Shown: piece after piece, positions 29,782 to 39,900 of the stretch
How the letters are laid out: each line of letters starts with the position of its first letter
How positions within the stretch are numbered: position 1 is the first letter of the stretch
Source of the DNA: Barthelona sp. PCE
Taxonomy: Eukaryota
DNA: 64,000 nt
Assembly (NCBI GenBank): GCA_040285745.1
Contig: JAUFOR010000003.1
Span: forward strand, 620,001-684,000
Reading direction: 5' to 3'
Made by a program: the position numbers and the translations under genes
Notes under the pieces: model-generated
Seen by the model: the letters and a program-made list of their open reading frames with translations, nothing else
Databases searched by the model: none
Told to the model about the DNA's origin: nothing

Positions 29782-32700
29782 GCCAGCATGGCTTCATGTG
29801 AGCTTACCTCATCTGAGGATAATCTCACTAGTAAATGCGGATAGCAATACTCTGGTGTTCCGCCAATAACGTGAACGATGTCATCACCTCCCTGTCTGTT
29901 GTAGCAATTCATACGAATGACATGCTCCATTACAGCTGTGGGTACACTGGCTATGTCAAAATTAAGCCTTGAAAATATGTAATGGGGCGCTAGAGTAACT
30001 TCTGAACCGAATATTGTTGAAAAGCGTTCGGAAAACGCATCCCAACATGGAAGATCATTGGAAAAAACAAGAAGTAACAACAGGCTGCTCAAATCTTCAT
30101 CATCCACACTTGCAACCATCAGGCGTTCACAAATTGCACCTTCTTCAAATGTCACAAGTGCGTTATCCATATTGGAGCAAGGAGCATTTTCAGCTAAAGG
30201 CACGTTAATCTCTCGGGTTGAAAATGCTTCATTCACATCAATTGCTGGCTCACGGTTTTCATCGCCTGCGGTTCGCAACAGGCGCAGGGTGGACGACCTC
30301 AGCATGTGATTGCGATGTGTCAGCAACTCTTCCAAAACCTCTTTAATTCTTTGAGTTTTTTCATGATTCTCCGTCATGTCAAGCATCATTAAAACATCAA
30401 CAAGTAACAGTTTAATGGTTGTTGTACCGTTTGCGAGCTGATTCATGTAAAAATCAAACAAACTGAACCGCTCAAGGAAAAACGAAAGAGGAAGCATCAC
30501 GCGAAGGCTCTCCTTTTTGGAGCTCACCTGTCCCGTCATGTATGCGATCAGGGGCGCGAGGGAATTGGTGCAGGCACTCCTGATGTCCCAATTCGGATGA
30601 TCAAAGAGAAGGGCGATTCGCTGAAATACAGAACTGATCAACCCATCATATATCTCAAGTGTAAAGCAGCGAGATGATCTCACTATTCCAGCCATGATAT
30701 TGATTGCATGACACATCAGTGATATATCCTCATTAACACTGAGCACCATTTCACAAACTGAAATGAAGAAATCCCCGTTCCAAGAGAGCTGCTGGACCAT
30801 GCAAAACAGGCCGGGGATACCCCCCGAACGGCGTGTATGCTTGAAATGTGCTATATCATTCACATTTGATGTGATTAAATTCCAAACGTTCTCAATATGG
30901 TGTCTCAGGTGCTGTACCGTCTTCAAAGCAAGCCTCCAAAGAGGGGTAAGACGACAGACCGTGCAAATATTGAAAACAGATTTGATCAGCATATCTTTTT
31001 GATCATCGTTGTATTTATGGAAAACTCTTTGTAGATGCATCAAAAACTCCTTACAGCTCAGATAACATGCACCTGGCCCAGTGACATGACTCCAATCACC
31101 GTGTACAGACATTTGACTGCCAAGCACCTTCAGCATTGAGTCAACTGAGTCGCACAACCCCTGTACCCCCTTTATCAGTGGGTTATCGTTCAGCAAAGCC
31201 AAGTATGTTCGGTAAACACGGAGAACGTGTTCATATTCAGTGTTGACGTCAAGATCAAACTCTTTGAAGAAAGAACCAGCTCTTGCCAACAACTCTTGCA
31301 TATCAAAATCACAAACAGTGGCAAGCGCAGCTGTACCTTGCAATGACACTGAGAATGCACCACCTTCCACACTTCTCTCAATGAGCCAATCGAGTGAGTG
31401 CTCTTCGGATGTAAAGTCAACTAAAGTCAAGATTTTAAGTGCTGCATCACGAACGAGCTGCCAAGAATTAATAATTCCAAAGTTGATGATCCTTTCTATA
31501 ACTTCCTTACTCACCCTTTCCTTTATGAGCTTTCCAAAGAAGGCCAGAATCGTCATGGATGGTAGTAATATGTTTGACGGTGTGTGTGGCATTAAATATT
31601 CAACCAAACATTCAATAAGACACAGTTTTTCTTCTTTGCTTAACAATCTACGTGATTCTACAATTTTTTTGACCTCATTCTGAGCCATACCTACAACACC
31701 AGCTACGTTTGCCTTAAAAAGATCAAGAACTATGCTGAAAAGCTTCAATGGCACAACCTTTCGTGCTGAAATAAGAGCCTCGCCGATATAAAGCTCATGA
31801 CGAGCAAGTATAGCGTGATTGATATCATTCTCAATAGATGGACACTCGTTCTTCGATATCAAGCGGTAAAACAGGGGCACATCACTCCAGTCCACTTCCT
31901 CAGAGCGAGAAAGGACAGGGTGATACAGGGTTCTTGCAACTACATTCCTGGCATACGTTGGTTCAACAATTAACAAAGGTTTAATATCTTGCAACGTTAG
32001 GTATCCACTTGCAACATCAAAATATGAGCGGCTGACTGAAGCAGTGGCATTACTTTGCAATAATTCATCAAGACGACTGACAACCTGTGGTACAGAGTGT
32101 TCATCTGGGAAGAACAGCAAATGCAAACTCTGACATGTAATCTTAAAAGCATTATCTGTGAAACTTGTGTAAAAATCAATGAACCATGATGTAGTAAATA
32201 GTTCTTCAGAAAGAACCATCTTCAGCTTAACCCTGCTTGTGCAAACACCAAAAACAGTTCTTGAACTCTCAAACAACATATGAGTCATGTGCAAATCATC
32301 CGAGGTGTCGTTTTTGATAACTGATGCAATGATTCGCAGTGCCACGTTTGCATTTGCTCTGCTCAACACGCTTCCAATAATCACTAATCGTTCTTCCGAA
32401 AGAGATTTGGCCACACGTGTGTAACCAGACAGAAACCCAATGTGGAGTATATGCTCAATAAACGGTGAGCCTTGTCGATTTATCGCATAAAGAGCACCGA
32501 TACAACGCCAAAAATTCACACAATTCTTCTTCTGTGTTAAAAGTTCCAGTAATGCTGCTTCAAGTGCTGCTGAGCAGTGGAAATCTCCGTCTGAACGTTC
32601 AACCATCCCGGTTATATATGCAAAAACAACTCCAAAGTGACTTGATTTCTTTTGCTCTGCAATATTAACGCAAATAAGTTGTATGTGATCCCTAATCGTG

Positions 32701-32978
32701 GCTCCTGGAATATTTTTGAGGCACCATCGAACCAACTCAACGTAAACGTCTGCAGGGTACCTATCATCATCAAAAATATCATTGAATATCGATAGAGCAC
32801 GCTGTTCAGTCATTGTAAAGTTAAACAGCGTCGGTAGCGCGTGTGTGAATGCACCGTTAAAACTGCCCTTCAATATGACGTGAAGTTTATCCATAATCTC
32901 TTCAGGTTTAACTGATTTTGGATCAGTTGGAGTGATGATGCTTTCCAGTTCCCGCTTAAAGGTTTTGTAATCAGACAT
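29745..32978 (-). CDS. THADA: THADA/Trm732 (DUF2428) armadillo protein
   Basis: TRRSGGIP motif, HAINIM and W.IRSACT... Confidence 0.85.
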   Translation of the reverse strand: MSDYKTFKRELESIITPTDPKSVKPEEIMDKLHVILKGSFNGAFTHALPTLFNFTMTEQRALSIFNDIFDDDRYPADVYVELVRWCLKNIPGATIRDHIQLICVNIAEQKKSSHFGVVFAYITGMVERSDGDFHCSAALEAALLELLTQKKNCVNFWRCIGALYAINRQGSPFIEHILHIGFLSGYTRVAKSLSEERLVIIGSVLSRANANVALRIIASVIKNDTSDDLHMTHMLFESSRTVFGVCTSRVKLKMVLSEELFTTSWFIDFYTSFTDNAFKITCQSLHLLFFPDEHSVPQVVSRLDELLQSNATASVSRSYFDVASGYLTLQDIKPLLIVEPTYARNVVARTLYHPVLSRSEEVDWSDVPLFYRLISKNECPSIENDINHAILARHELYIGEALISARKVVPLKLFSIVLDLFKANVAGVVGMAQNEVKKIVESRRLLSKEEKLCLIECLVEYLMPHTPSNILLPSMTILAFFGKLIKERVSKEVIERIINFGIINSWQLVRDAALKILTLVDFTSEEHSLDWLIERSVEGGAFSVSLQGTAALATVCDFDMQELLARAGSFFKEFDLDVNTEYEHVLRVYRTYLALLNDNPLIKGVQGLCDSVDSMLKVLGSQMSVHGDWSHVTGPGACYLSCKEFLMHLQRVFHKYNDDQKDMLIKSVFNICTVCRLTPLWRLALKTVQHLRHHIENVWNLITSNVNDIAHFKHTRRSGGIPGLFCMVQQLSWNGDFFISVCEMVLSVNEDISLMCHAINIMAGIVRSSRCFTLEIYDGLISSVFQRIALLFDHPNWDIRSACTNSLAPLIAYMTGQVSSKKESLRVMLPLSFFLERFSLFDFYMNQLANGTTTIKLLLVDVLMMLDMTENHEKTQRIKEVLEELLTHRNHMLRSSTLRLLRTAGDENREPAIDVNEAFSTREINVPLAENAPCSNMDNALVTFEEGAICERLMVASVDDEDLSSLLLLLVFSNDLPCWDAFSERFSTIFGSEVTLAPHYIFSRLNFDIASVPTAVMEHVIRMNCYNRQGGDDIVHVIGGTPEYCYPHLLVRLSSDEVSSHEAMLAYLNKMLSATRS

Positions 32979-33111
32979 TAAAATCCACTAAAACTATGTT
33001 AAGAGTGCATAAAAAGAAAACGACTGCAAGAGGATTCAATGCTAATTCCTGGTGCTTAAACAACGACAAATCAAGACACTATACTCACTTTTTACTTTCA
33101 ATAATACCAAA

Positions 33112-36100
33112 TCAATTTCCAAACCGACCTGCTTTTCTGCAGAGACCTTCCATTCTTTGATATCGATCATCATCGAATGGATAACTACAAACTGAACCAA
33201 TAATGGTAGGCGCGGAGTGTTTCTCAATGGAACGAGAATTTGAAATACAAGATCTTAATTGACGAAGAGAGTATATAATATATTCCCAACGATCCTCTTT
33301 ACCTTGAAGAATGCTCCAAAAAAGATCATCTATCACTGGTTTCAGACCTGCGTTGCGCCCTCTGCGTTGTAAGTAGTTAACTACTTCTTTTGTTTTGGTA
33401 GTATCACACTTGGCATACAACAAATAATGACATAAAAGCGCAAAATCAAAATAATCACGTTCTTTAGCTCCATCCCATGATGTGAAATCATACCAACCTT
33501 CCAGTAGTCCTGGAAGAAAACGACGGATAGTGGATCTAAAAAAACAAATATGAGGAGAAAAACTCTCATTCAAGAAGATTGAGCTGGGATGTAAAAAACC
33601 ATGATAAATACCGTTATAATGCATTTTTTGCAGTGTTTCGGCGACAGTAACCAATATACCAATACGTATACTCCGTGGAAACAGACGAGACTTCTCCAAC
33701 TGCATCATCCTTTGATAGAAAACAGCCCCCTTACTAACATCCCTTATCTCCAATGGCTTTAAAACATTACACGCGTTTTCTGGCATCATAGCACTGTGTA
33801 AACAATATATTCTGTCATACAGAGCTGGAGTCATTTCAGAATGAGAAAAACACATAATCTCACTTCCATAGCAGATATCTACTCCATAATAAGGTTTTGA
33901 TTTCTCGAATACCTGTTCTCCTTCAGATGTAACTATTGTTTTAATATTATTTCTGACCCATAACAAAGAATTATTTCTGACTAAACTCTGTACACCTTCA
34001 ATAATATCCATCATTGAGTGCGCAAAATCATGAGCAAGCACTGAATTCAACATGCTTGATAATGGCTCGATATCACTGAAAAATATCGGACTACAACTAT
34101 TAAAGTTAGAACATGGGATTTCTAACAAAATATATGCAATCAGACACACAAAAACATATAAAGCTTGCCCATTATACTTTGACGCTGTAATAAATCCTTC
34201 AGATTCAAAAAAAGTACTTGTATTTAAAAAAAATTTCCCATCAACCAAAGAAAAATGTAATGGTGAAAGATTTGTGACAATTCTGCACTTGGCAATATCA
34301 TTGATTGCATGACCGACGTCAATACAGAACTGCAGACGAGATGCATGTGAACAAAGAGTGAGACTCATTTCTGATAAACGTTGAGTTATGTTTGCCATTG
34401 AAAAACATACACCGATCTGCTCAACGTGCAATAAAGAAGAACACTTCAGACTGGGGATGTGTCGCATATAATCGTGTTCTTCGGTAAAGACAGCAAGACT
34501 ATCAAATTCAGATGTGACGAAAACCCTCATACCTGAAAGGTAGTAATAGAATACCCCTCTTTTCTCATGGAAAACTAAGTCCGGTACAGACATCGCCTTG
34601 CATCTGTTGAAATGCTCTGGAAGAAGAGGATCTGAAGGCCTTATCAGATTTGGGATGATGCTCAAATTTTCTAACTTACTTGTAATCTGAAACAACGATG
34701 ATCTCAACTGTGGCAGTTCATCTTCTACCAGCCTCTGTAGTAACTCTGTGCTCAGGTATTCAAAGCTAGATGAAGTAGCGAACGAGGCAGATTCAAAACT
34801 TTCATATATTTCAAGCATTCTTCTGTCAAACTGTTGAATTTTTCTAATAATTATGTTTGATTTTAACGTAAAACCAACTGAATCGCTCTTAAATCCTATA
34901 GTGTGAATAAATTCAAACACTTCACTGAAACAAATATCAAAACTGATAAGAATCTGTTCAATTGTTCGGTCTTCTGCCAAGGCTGGCTCCTTCTGCAGCA
35001 TACGCGCAACTTTCTCCATAATTACATGCATTCGGTGTGTTAAAAGTGTAATCTGCTTTCTGCACCATTGAGCGTTCTTAATCATTGCGAAACCATATCC
35101 CAGTGTCATTGAAAGCATGCTGCATGCAGACGGTAGTGCACCAAAAGCAATAGGAATTTGAGAACACTCACTCAAAAATGACAGAAATTTCTCACTGTTC
35201 GAAACTGCACTATCTGCTGAAGCAAACTCAAGTGGTGTGGCTTTGATTAATGCGATGGAACGGTAGCCGTCTTGTGCGGAAACCATACGCTCAAAATTAG
35301 TGTGGGTATACCTCACAAATATATCACTATCATCTCTGCAGACACATGCATCTTGAATGAACCAATCCTTTCCAAACAGTCTCTTGAACTTTAATAGTGG
35401 CATATGGATTGCAAACGTATCTTTTGACATGAAAATAATGCCTAAATCACCTTCTGAAACGAAACTTCTGAAAAAACCAGACTCAAAACACAATTTGCAC
35501 TCCGGGAACGTCTGTAACGTGGATAAGAACCCCTTTCCGAAGTGTGGTTGACTTTGGCATGTGGTTTTCGAGGGCTTAACAAAAATTAAAGAACTGCTCA
35601 ATCTCTCAAACGAAAATATATACATAGTGTTCCTGCTGATATAAGCAATTTCTGTACTATTCCACATCACAAAGCCCTGTAAATTGAACCGCATCTGACT
35701 TACACGCTTAAAGACTGAAGGGACAGACACCATGTCGGAGCAGCGCCTCTTTTTGACAGTGCCAACAAGTGTCTGTGTATTCGTGTAAGCCACCAATAGC
35801 TTCTTCTCAAGGAAGTAAGCAGCCCCGTTTAGGTTATGCAACAGATCAACGTGCTTTCCAAGATGTTCAGTTGTAAACAGAAAACAATGAAGGCTTCTTA
35901 TTCCTTTTGATTCACGTAATTGATACACAAATCTACCATACATGATGGACTTTAGTATCTGTTTAGTGATTCCATTAATCCGAACGGGTACAGCGCCGCA
36001 TAAATGATTAACAAATATTAAAGATTGTGAGTCAGTATATTGAATGATTGGTTCTAACCCAACAATACCATCTGGATATGCGAATATGGTCTCAGACGAC

Positions 36101-36747
36101 ATGACGCCGTCATCAGTATATGAAAAAACGCAATCATTTGTATAAACTCGAAAAAGTGAGTCACTCTCACTTGCAATGGCTAAAATCTCTAATTGAATTG
36201 TATAACTATATATGCTCTCTAGGGAAAGCGATGAGCGGTATCTAAATACTTCAATGGCACTTCTTTCGTACTGAACAACAAAATCTGACCCCATACGGAT
36301 GACGCAAATGATCCTTCGCCCATAAAAATGATCATCATCGAACATGCGCGTCTGCTTTGTACTGAGTTCCAAGCATCCTATACTTGTTTGTGTGTAAAAC
36401 AAGAGAATTGAGGGAGAAAGAAACAACAATTTTCCAACTTCGATTGGAATACTCCACTCCATGCATATTTGCATCGATATTGTTTCCACAAACACAACAA
36501 CATCAGAATTTGCACTCTTACAGGCAAGCATCATACCTGAAGGAGAAACGCAAATGCTCTCAAAATTAACTCCTTCAAGAACGCTTACTTCCCTAATTGA
36601 AGTGTCATGAGAGAATATAAAAGGCTCTTCCTCGGGTAACACAACCTTAGAATCATTGTAAATCGCCAACTTGTGACAAAAACATGATGATTGTTTGAAC
36701 ATTTTGGAATACGATTTGGGTTGGTTTGCACGACATGTCACATCCAT
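33112..36747 (-). CDS. Large protein with a beta-propeller-like N-terminus and degenerate kinase-like C-terminal region
   Basis: SICVSPSGMMLA (WD-like). The C-terminal VAETLQKMHYNGIYHGFLHPSSIFL and ERDYFDFALL resemble kinase subdomains VIa/VIb/IX without the catalytic Asp. Confidence 0.6.
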   Translation of the reverse strand: MDVTCRANQPKSYSKMFKQSSCFCHKLAIYNDSKVVLPEEEPFIFSHDTSIREVSVLEGVNFESICVSPSGMMLACKSANSDVVVFVETISMQICMEWSIPIEVGKLLFLSPSILLFYTQTSIGCLELSTKQTRMFDDDHFYGRRIICVIRMGSDFVVQYERSAIEVFRYRSSLSLESIYSYTIQLEILAIASESDSLFRVYTNDCVFSYTDDGVMSSETIFAYPDGIVGLEPIIQYTDSQSLIFVNHLCGAVPVRINGITKQILKSIMYGRFVYQLRESKGIRSLHCFLFTTEHLGKHVDLLHNLNGAAYFLEKKLLVAYTNTQTLVGTVKKRRCSDMVSVPSVFKRVSQMRFNLQGFVMWNSTEIAYISRNTMYIFSFERLSSSLIFVKPSKTTCQSQPHFGKGFLSTLQTFPECKLCFESGFFRSFVSEGDLGIIFMSKDTFAIHMPLLKFKRLFGKDWFIQDACVCRDDSDIFVRYTHTNFERMVSAQDGYRSIALIKATPLEFASADSAVSNSEKFLSFLSECSQIPIAFGALPSACSMLSMTLGYGFAMIKNAQWCRKQITLLTHRMHVIMEKVARMLQKEPALAEDRTIEQILISFDICFSEVFEFIHTIGFKSDSVGFTLKSNIIIRKIQQFDRRMLEIYESFESASFATSSSFEYLSTELLQRLVEDELPQLRSSLFQITSKLENLSIIPNLIRPSDPLLPEHFNRCKAMSVPDLVFHEKRGVFYYYLSGMRVFVTSEFDSLAVFTEEHDYMRHIPSLKCSSLLHVEQIGVCFSMANITQRLSEMSLTLCSHASRLQFCIDVGHAINDIAKCRIVTNLSPLHFSLVDGKFFLNTSTFFESEGFITASKYNGQALYVFVCLIAYILLEIPCSNFNSCSPIFFSDIEPLSSMLNSVLAHDFAHSMMDIIEGVQSLVRNNSLLWVRNNIKTIVTSEGEQVFEKSKPYYGVDICYGSEIMCFSHSEMTPALYDRIYCLHSAMMPENACNVLKPLEIRDVSKGAVFYQRMMQLEKSRLFPRSIRIGILVTVAETLQKMHYNGIYHGFLHPSSIFLNESFSPHICFFRSTIRRFLPGLLEGWYDFTSWDGAKERDYFDFALLCHYLLYAKCDTTKTKEVVNYLQRRGRNAGLKPVIDDLFWSILQGKEDRWEYIIYSLRQLRSCISNSRSIEKHSAPTIIGSVCSYPFDDDRYQRMEGLCRKAGRFGN

Positions 36748-36970
36748 TTTTGACCCACTGAACAAAAAAAGTACCAAAAGAGTCCCTTAAAAAAGTAAGA
36801 AAAAGGTTTCGAATTTCAAATTCTTCAAACAACAGTTTAAAAGCTGCTTTCAATCCAGCATATAGCAATTTAGCGTCGAATATCAAACTATTTCTTCATT
36901 ATTATATTCAAACGTTGAATTTAAAAATTGTACTCTTTTCAGTTCCTCATCCCATTTAGGGATTTTACAC

Positions 36971-39900
36971 ATGCAAATCAAGCAAATAATACTTTTATTA
37001 CTGCTTTGTGGGGCTTTTGTTAATGCACAGATTTATTTCTTAGCAGTATCCTCAGGAAACGATACTAATTCGGGATTAGCTGCTGGTAATGCTCTAAAAA
37101 CGATGAATGAAGCATTTTTCCGAATGCAATCAGAGCCAAATGCCGTACATGAACTTAGACTTGTTGAGTTATTTGAAACAACCGGTGGTGTACCATATAT
37201 GGAAGCAGGTAATGCAATTCCATTCCATGAGCTCAGAGTTATCATATACGCACCAGATTCTTTCACACAAAACGTTGTTGTCCTCAATAATCTCAATTGG
37301 AATTTTACAGTGTTGGGACTGCAGAATGTATATTTATGGACATATGACGCAAACATCACTGTCAACACGATATCAATGAGTAACGCAGCCATAAATGCGA
37401 CATATATTCATGATACAGAGGTTTTCGATCTTCATAGCAGCCTGATATATGCAAGGGTCAAAACCAACCCCATATCTATCAAAATGGACGGCTCTATCGT
37501 CCTTATCGAGAAGATATCGACAGCAACATCCCCATCTATTGATTTAAGAGCATCCACCTTAGATTTTGTAGGTATAGATAAACAAAGAGATGGACCGATG
37601 CATACTTTAATAATCAATTCAATTGAGGAGTCACGGTTCGATCTGCACTATTTGAATGCCTCTGTTACTGTATTAACACCACAAACAAAAGATTCCGTGC
37701 TATGGTTTGAGTCGTCTGTTGTCTATTTACAATGGGCAAATACCTTGGAGGGACTTCTAGACCTGAAGGCGTTGGGTGTGAAGCGCAGCGTGCTGTACCT
37801 GAATTCACACCCGAACACATCGCCAAGAATATCAGGAAGATTTGGTTATGAATTCTACGACGCAACCATATGGATATCAACAGCGCTTGATTTAATCGCG
37901 CTCTCTGATAACCCAGATACGTGGACAAACTATGTACAGTACACAACTTTCAAAACAACGGAAGAAAGTAGCACTCTTGTGTTTTGGACGAGCGGTAAGA
38001 TGAATTCAGTGGGAACAGTGTCAGCAGACAATATAGAGCTGGTATATAAAGGCGGAAAGCTGCTATATCAAAGTTCATCGCTGTCAAAAGTATTAATTGT
38101 TGGTGCCGATGATGTGGATATATACTTTGTGTACTGTCCAAATTTATACGTGCAATCAACAACAATAATTAAGGTCGATCAGTTCAATGGAAGCGCACGG
38201 TTATCAGCGCCCGAGATTGAAATTAGTTCGTCATTGCTTTTCCTTCACAATGAAATTGATGCTGTTAACAGATTGAGCGTAGCTAACCTAACAATTGCAG
38301 TAGGTAATGGCTTTTCATTTAGTGTAGCGGGCGCTGACGTGCGTTTTGTTGAGCTTTACTGTGTTAATATTGAGGATCTCAGCAGATGTGAACGAAGTGT
38401 TCCAATCAATATACTTCAGGCGACACATATTGCAATTGGATCCACCACGTTCCGCGATTGGTATCTCTCTGTCGGTGGACTGGCACCCAACTATCTCCAG
38501 TACGTTAACTGTGACTTCATCGATCTTCAACTCGAAGCCTCAATGATTATGTTCACAAACATCATCCCAATTTACTACTTTGAGAACTGCAACTTCATCA
38601 AAGTGAGACAAGCTTCCACTTACATACAGTGGAAGGTACTTCAGTTACATTACGTGACATGCCGGTTTGCTAGCTCAGATTCTATTCATCCAATATCTTA
38701 TTACACAACCATATCCGACTGTCAGTTCTCGTCTATGAACTTCTATGAGCCATTTTTAGGCATGGAGTCGTACGTTGGGTCCATAGTTACACTGGAGGAG
38801 ACAACATTCACCAGTATCACAGTGCATTGCGAGTACTTATTTGAATTGGTGACTTCTTATGAAGAAACCTCGTCCCAGTTGCTGCCCAACATCACAATTA
38901 GGGATGTATTCTTCCATGACTCCGATTTTTATTCAATTTTCAAGGTGGGCAATTATTCTACTGCTCTTAACAGACTTATAGCTTTTGAAAACTGTGGTTT
39001 ATTGCGAAATAGGATCAGAAAGAATATTATCTTTACGGAATCGGGATCAACGTCATCCATCTTTTTTGGTGGTTTTTCTGCAGTGATGGATACAACTTAC
39101 GCTCCGTTATTTAATTTGTTCGGTGATTGTTATTTGGTTATTGGTTATTTAAATATCACAGTTGAAGATAATATAAATGCTCCGCTTATTTATGGTGAAC
39201 ATCGACTGAACATTGGTGTTTTTAACTCCACGTTTAAGTCTTCCAAACCCACCAGATATCCCGTTATTTTCAGTAATTACATCGGGTTAATCATGAACGG
39301 AACAACAGAGATTGAGTATGTGAATTTTCCGAGGTTTATTATGTCAGACTTACTCTTCATTGATTTCTGGTATTCAACGTTCTCAACGTCCCTGTCCGAT
39401 TTCGCTGTGGCTGACGAGTGTCTCATGCGTGTACGAACGAATGCCAATGTGCTTCTTCCATACATCATATGTTCTAGTATCAACATTAATAAGACCGAAG
39501 GTGCCGTTTTACCCAGCATAAATTGTAAGTGCGATCCAGACTCTCCGTACGGATGTCATGAATCTTGTGAACAGATAGAGCTCCCTAGAGTGACTGATGT
39601 CAAGCTAATGCCATTTATTCCACCACAAATATATAGAAGCCCTTTCCAGTTCCAAGTGGAGTTGGATCGACATATTCCGGCTGATTCGCTTGTTCTAGCC
39701 GCATTAGAAGACACTATTTTAACCTTGGAACTCAAAAGGACAAAGACTATTACACATGAGAACGTACAGCTTGTTTATTTCTCATTAGTAGATGGCATAG
39801 ATTTTAAGAGGGGAAGCACATTCTCAATGGATCTTTCAATCCCGTTTTCACCATTCTTTAAACTGACAATCACACTACCCTTCTGCCAACCGAGTATGTA

